A stretch of DNA of 64,000 bases, from contig NC_135770.1 of assembly GCF_052425735.1 (NCBI RefSeq), positions 28,024,001-28,088,000 on the forward strand. Reading direction: 5' to 3'. The notes below the pieces were generated by a model, which saw nothing but the letters and a program-made list of their open reading frames with translations, did not search any database and was not told the DNA's origin. A program made the translations under genes and the position numbers. This stretch comes from Oculina patagonica. Its lineage: Eukaryota. Each line of letters opens with the position of its first letter. Within the stretch, counting starts at the first letter, position 1. Shown here piece by piece: positions 61,420 to 64,000 of this stretch.

Positions 61420-61827
61420 TTCTTTGGAATACGAGATTTTTTTCTGAAGTGTGTGTTCGCACCTTGTGCAGTGGGATAGGTGAAAACTGGTAAAAGCTTG
61501 CGTCTATCAAGCCAGCCTATTTGAAACGAAATAACGATGTACATATGCCAAAAGTGTAAACACATACCAAACACGAACCGAATAACACTAATGAAGTATA
61601 GAAGGGAAAAAAGAAGCTAATTATGCTAACTTTGTGAATTAAGGTGTGACGCAAAAAAATTCCCTCCTACAATTCCCCAGCGATTCGGAACTTTTAAGAA
61701 AACAAAGTCGGAATTCTTTGATATTTGACAAAAGTTTACGCTGTTATTTGCATATGTTTAAGCTACGGCTAAATGTTTGTTTTGTTTTGTTCTTTCGTTC
61801 ATATATCTGCTGCAACTAAATAATTAT

Positions 61828-62745
61828 TTAACTAATGTTGAGGTCTTCAGCTTTAAGGATACGAATGGGCCGCTCATCCACGGATCTTTTAATAAATATT
61901 TTTCCATCGATGGTCCACGCACTATGCCATTCTTTGTCGTCTTTTGCTTTCCTTGCTTTTCCAAAAAGTTGGCGTCGCGACTTGGTCAAGTTTTCGTTTA
62001 TAAAGACTTGTGTGGTACCTGGAAATACTTGATTTACGTCGATGCGTCTGAGCTGCTTACGCGCAGAGTAGAGCTCCTTCTTTGCACGATATGATCTAAA
62101 TCGTACTATGATAGGTCGAGGCTTGTGTGCAAATCGCGGGTTTTGAGCCATCCTGTGGCAAATATCAATATCACCTTTTGCAATTTTGACGTTTAACAGA
62201 TTTCCGAGTTTAATGATGAGCTCAGAGATATTTTCGTCGTCTTCTTCGGGAAAATCGTGAAATTCTAAATTGTACTTTCGAGTATATTGTTCGAGGTCGT
62301 CTAGATTAGAGTTTGTTGATTTTAAATCATTGCGAAGTTTACTCACTTGGTCAGCCTCTTTGTTCAGAGCATTTTGTAATCTCGTCACCTCGGTCTTGAG
62401 GTTTACATTTTCTTTTTCCACTTTCTCCAGCTTTTCGACGTGGAACTCCAAAGATGTTCTCAGCTCTGCGTACTGCTCTTTGAGGTCTTTGTTTTCCTTC
62501 AAGAGTTGGTCCGTATTCTCTTGTATTGTCTTTAGTATTTTCCAGATTTCCTTGTTGGAGACCGCCTCGCCGCTTTCGTCAGCCGAAGCGCTGCCAGGCG
62601 ATGCGCTCATTTTTGAAGTTTTGGAGGGAGGCGAGCCAGTATTTCGTTGTTTTCGTTTCTTTCTATTTGCACCCATTAAAAAGGGCGCATTTTGAAGTCC
62701 CAAATACCAAAGATAACGCTTTGCTGGGGAAAAAGAAGGCCACAC
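61828..62745 (-). CDS. LINE ORF1 (coiled coil plus L1-type RRM/CTD RNA-binding protein); true start probably a downstream ATG (about 62676 or 62610)
   Basis: Long heptad coiled coil followed by LEQYTRKYNLEF..PE, IDICHR, PRPIIVRF, VFINENLT and WTIDGKIFIK. Confidence 0.88.
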   Translation of the reverse strand: MWPSFSPAKRYLWYLGLQNAPFLMGANRKKRKQRNTGSPPSKTSKMSASPGSASADESGEAVSNKEIWKILKTIQENTDQLLKENKDLKEQYAELRTSLEFHVEKLEKVEKENVNLKTEVTRLQNALNKEADQVSKLRNDLKSTNSNLDDLEQYTRKYNLEFHDFPEEDDENISELIIKLGNLLNVKIAKGDIDICHRMAQNPRFAHKPRPIIVRFRSYRAKKELYSARKQLRRIDVNQVFPGTTQVFINENLTKSRRQLFGKARKAKDDKEWHSAWTIDGKIFIKRSVDERPIRILKAEDLNIS

Positions 62746-63386
62746 TGAAAATCAGCCTCCGGTCGCCATGAGACTCGTCCCAGGTCGACGTTCATGAATC
62801 CTACTGATCCTACGATCCGTGGTAAACAAAACAACTTCAACTTGAAGCCGAAGGGAAACGATGCGAAGCAAAATCCTGAACTGCCAGTACAATCCCTTTC
62901 CAAGTCTTTATGTAGTTTCATAGATAAAGACCTAATGTTGTTGTTAACATCCAAAATCCTTCTTGGTGGAAAATTAATTAATCCTCTCGTTCAAACCAGT
63001 TGTGAATTTCGGCTCAGAAAAAACGTCACTGAGTTGTTCAATCAGGTTCAATTCAGTCTTTGCTGAGACGAGCACGACTAGCCGAAACGTCCTTTGTTGT
63101 AGTCCTCCACAAACGTTTTCTTTGAAATTTCTACTAACTGCAATCCTGTACGAGGAATTTAGTGGGATTTCAATCTTCTTGGAATCCGATGGAGCTAAAC
63201 TCGGAGATTTGGTTGACAATTTTTACAGAAGTTTTAAAACTTTGTACGCACATCGCAGTTGAAATGCACTTTACTGGCTTCCCAAACAAATTACGAGCTA
63301 CCATTGGCTTTTCAAAATGCGCGCGAAACGGGCAGCCGCGTCTGCATCCACGAAAGAAAAACAATAAAAAATTCAGTGGCCATATG

Positions 63387-63424
<38 letters not shown>

Positions 63425-63436
63425 TCCTGACCTTGA

Positions 63437-63487
<51 letters not shown>

Positions 63488-64000
63488 TTTCCGCCATTTC
63501 GAAACCGGAATGTGTTGAACTAAACTTTCGGCGCGAAAGTTGCCGTTACGGTCTGCTAAAACTTCAAAGTTTGACACCTGAAACGCTGACGTTTCACGTC
63601 ATTTGAAAACATGTTTTCGGCGCGTGCGTTCACAAGTAGATGCAATCGATGGTATCAGGGTACATTAAATTTACCATATATGAAGTACCTACCTTAGGTC
63701 GCCCAACTACCGCTGACAGAAGAGCTTGCGGACTCCAGGCTCGTTTCCTGGGGCTCGAGATTGTTGTCCGGAGCCAAGTTGTTGTCTATTAGGTTTGAAC
63801 ACCGATATTAGAAATTAGATAATAAAACTTATGAATATTTTTTATAAGAAATGAACTGGAGGTGACCAGCCAATTTTGTTGCTCCAAGAATCCTTTCCTG
63901 ATTAAACCAGTGGCTTATTCTCTCTTACTCCTGGGGAAGGGGAACAAATTAACCGGCCTTCGAATTAATTCAGGTCGAAGGACGCAGTTGCAACTATTTC

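Larger units (their letters stand above)
56927..62786 (-). mobile_element. Full-length Tx1/L1-clade non-LTR retrotransposon
   Basis: ORF1 plus APE-RT ORF2, an about 30-nt poly(A) tail (T-run from 56927), and TSD gacgttcatgaatcc(t) at 56912-56926 and 62787-62801. The 5' end begins GACCTGGGACGAGTCTCATGGCG. Confidence 0.93.

Overview
AT-rich, intron-containing animal DNA, not prokaryotic. The repeat types and gene families suggest a cnidarian, probably a stony coral (inference). The window has four zones. (1) About 2.1-22.3 kb, minus strand: a tandem array of five Ly6/uPAR (three-finger) genes, each with a 52-nt phase-1 signal-peptide exon, plus an orphan GPI-tail relic. Three members look GPI-anchored, one looks secreted, and one has only exon 1 inside the window. 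(2) About 24.9-41.1 kb, plus strand: three five-exon calmodulin-like paralogs with conserved intron positions but different EF-hand integrity. (3) 43.4-47.6 kb, minus strand: an intronless HEPN(DZIP3-like)-NACHT-WD40 STAND gene with an intact RxxxxH motif but two frameshifted regions. (4) About 50.1-63.7 kb: a deeply nested transposon stack, including a full-length Tx1/L1-type LINE with a 15-16 bp TSD and a Penelope-like RT fragment. SINEs, MITEs, tiny hairpin elements with 9-bp TSDs, a 513-bp foldback element and a perfect 90-bp palindrome are scattered through the window. All gene models were built by hand from splice signals and frame continuity; no database searches were run.
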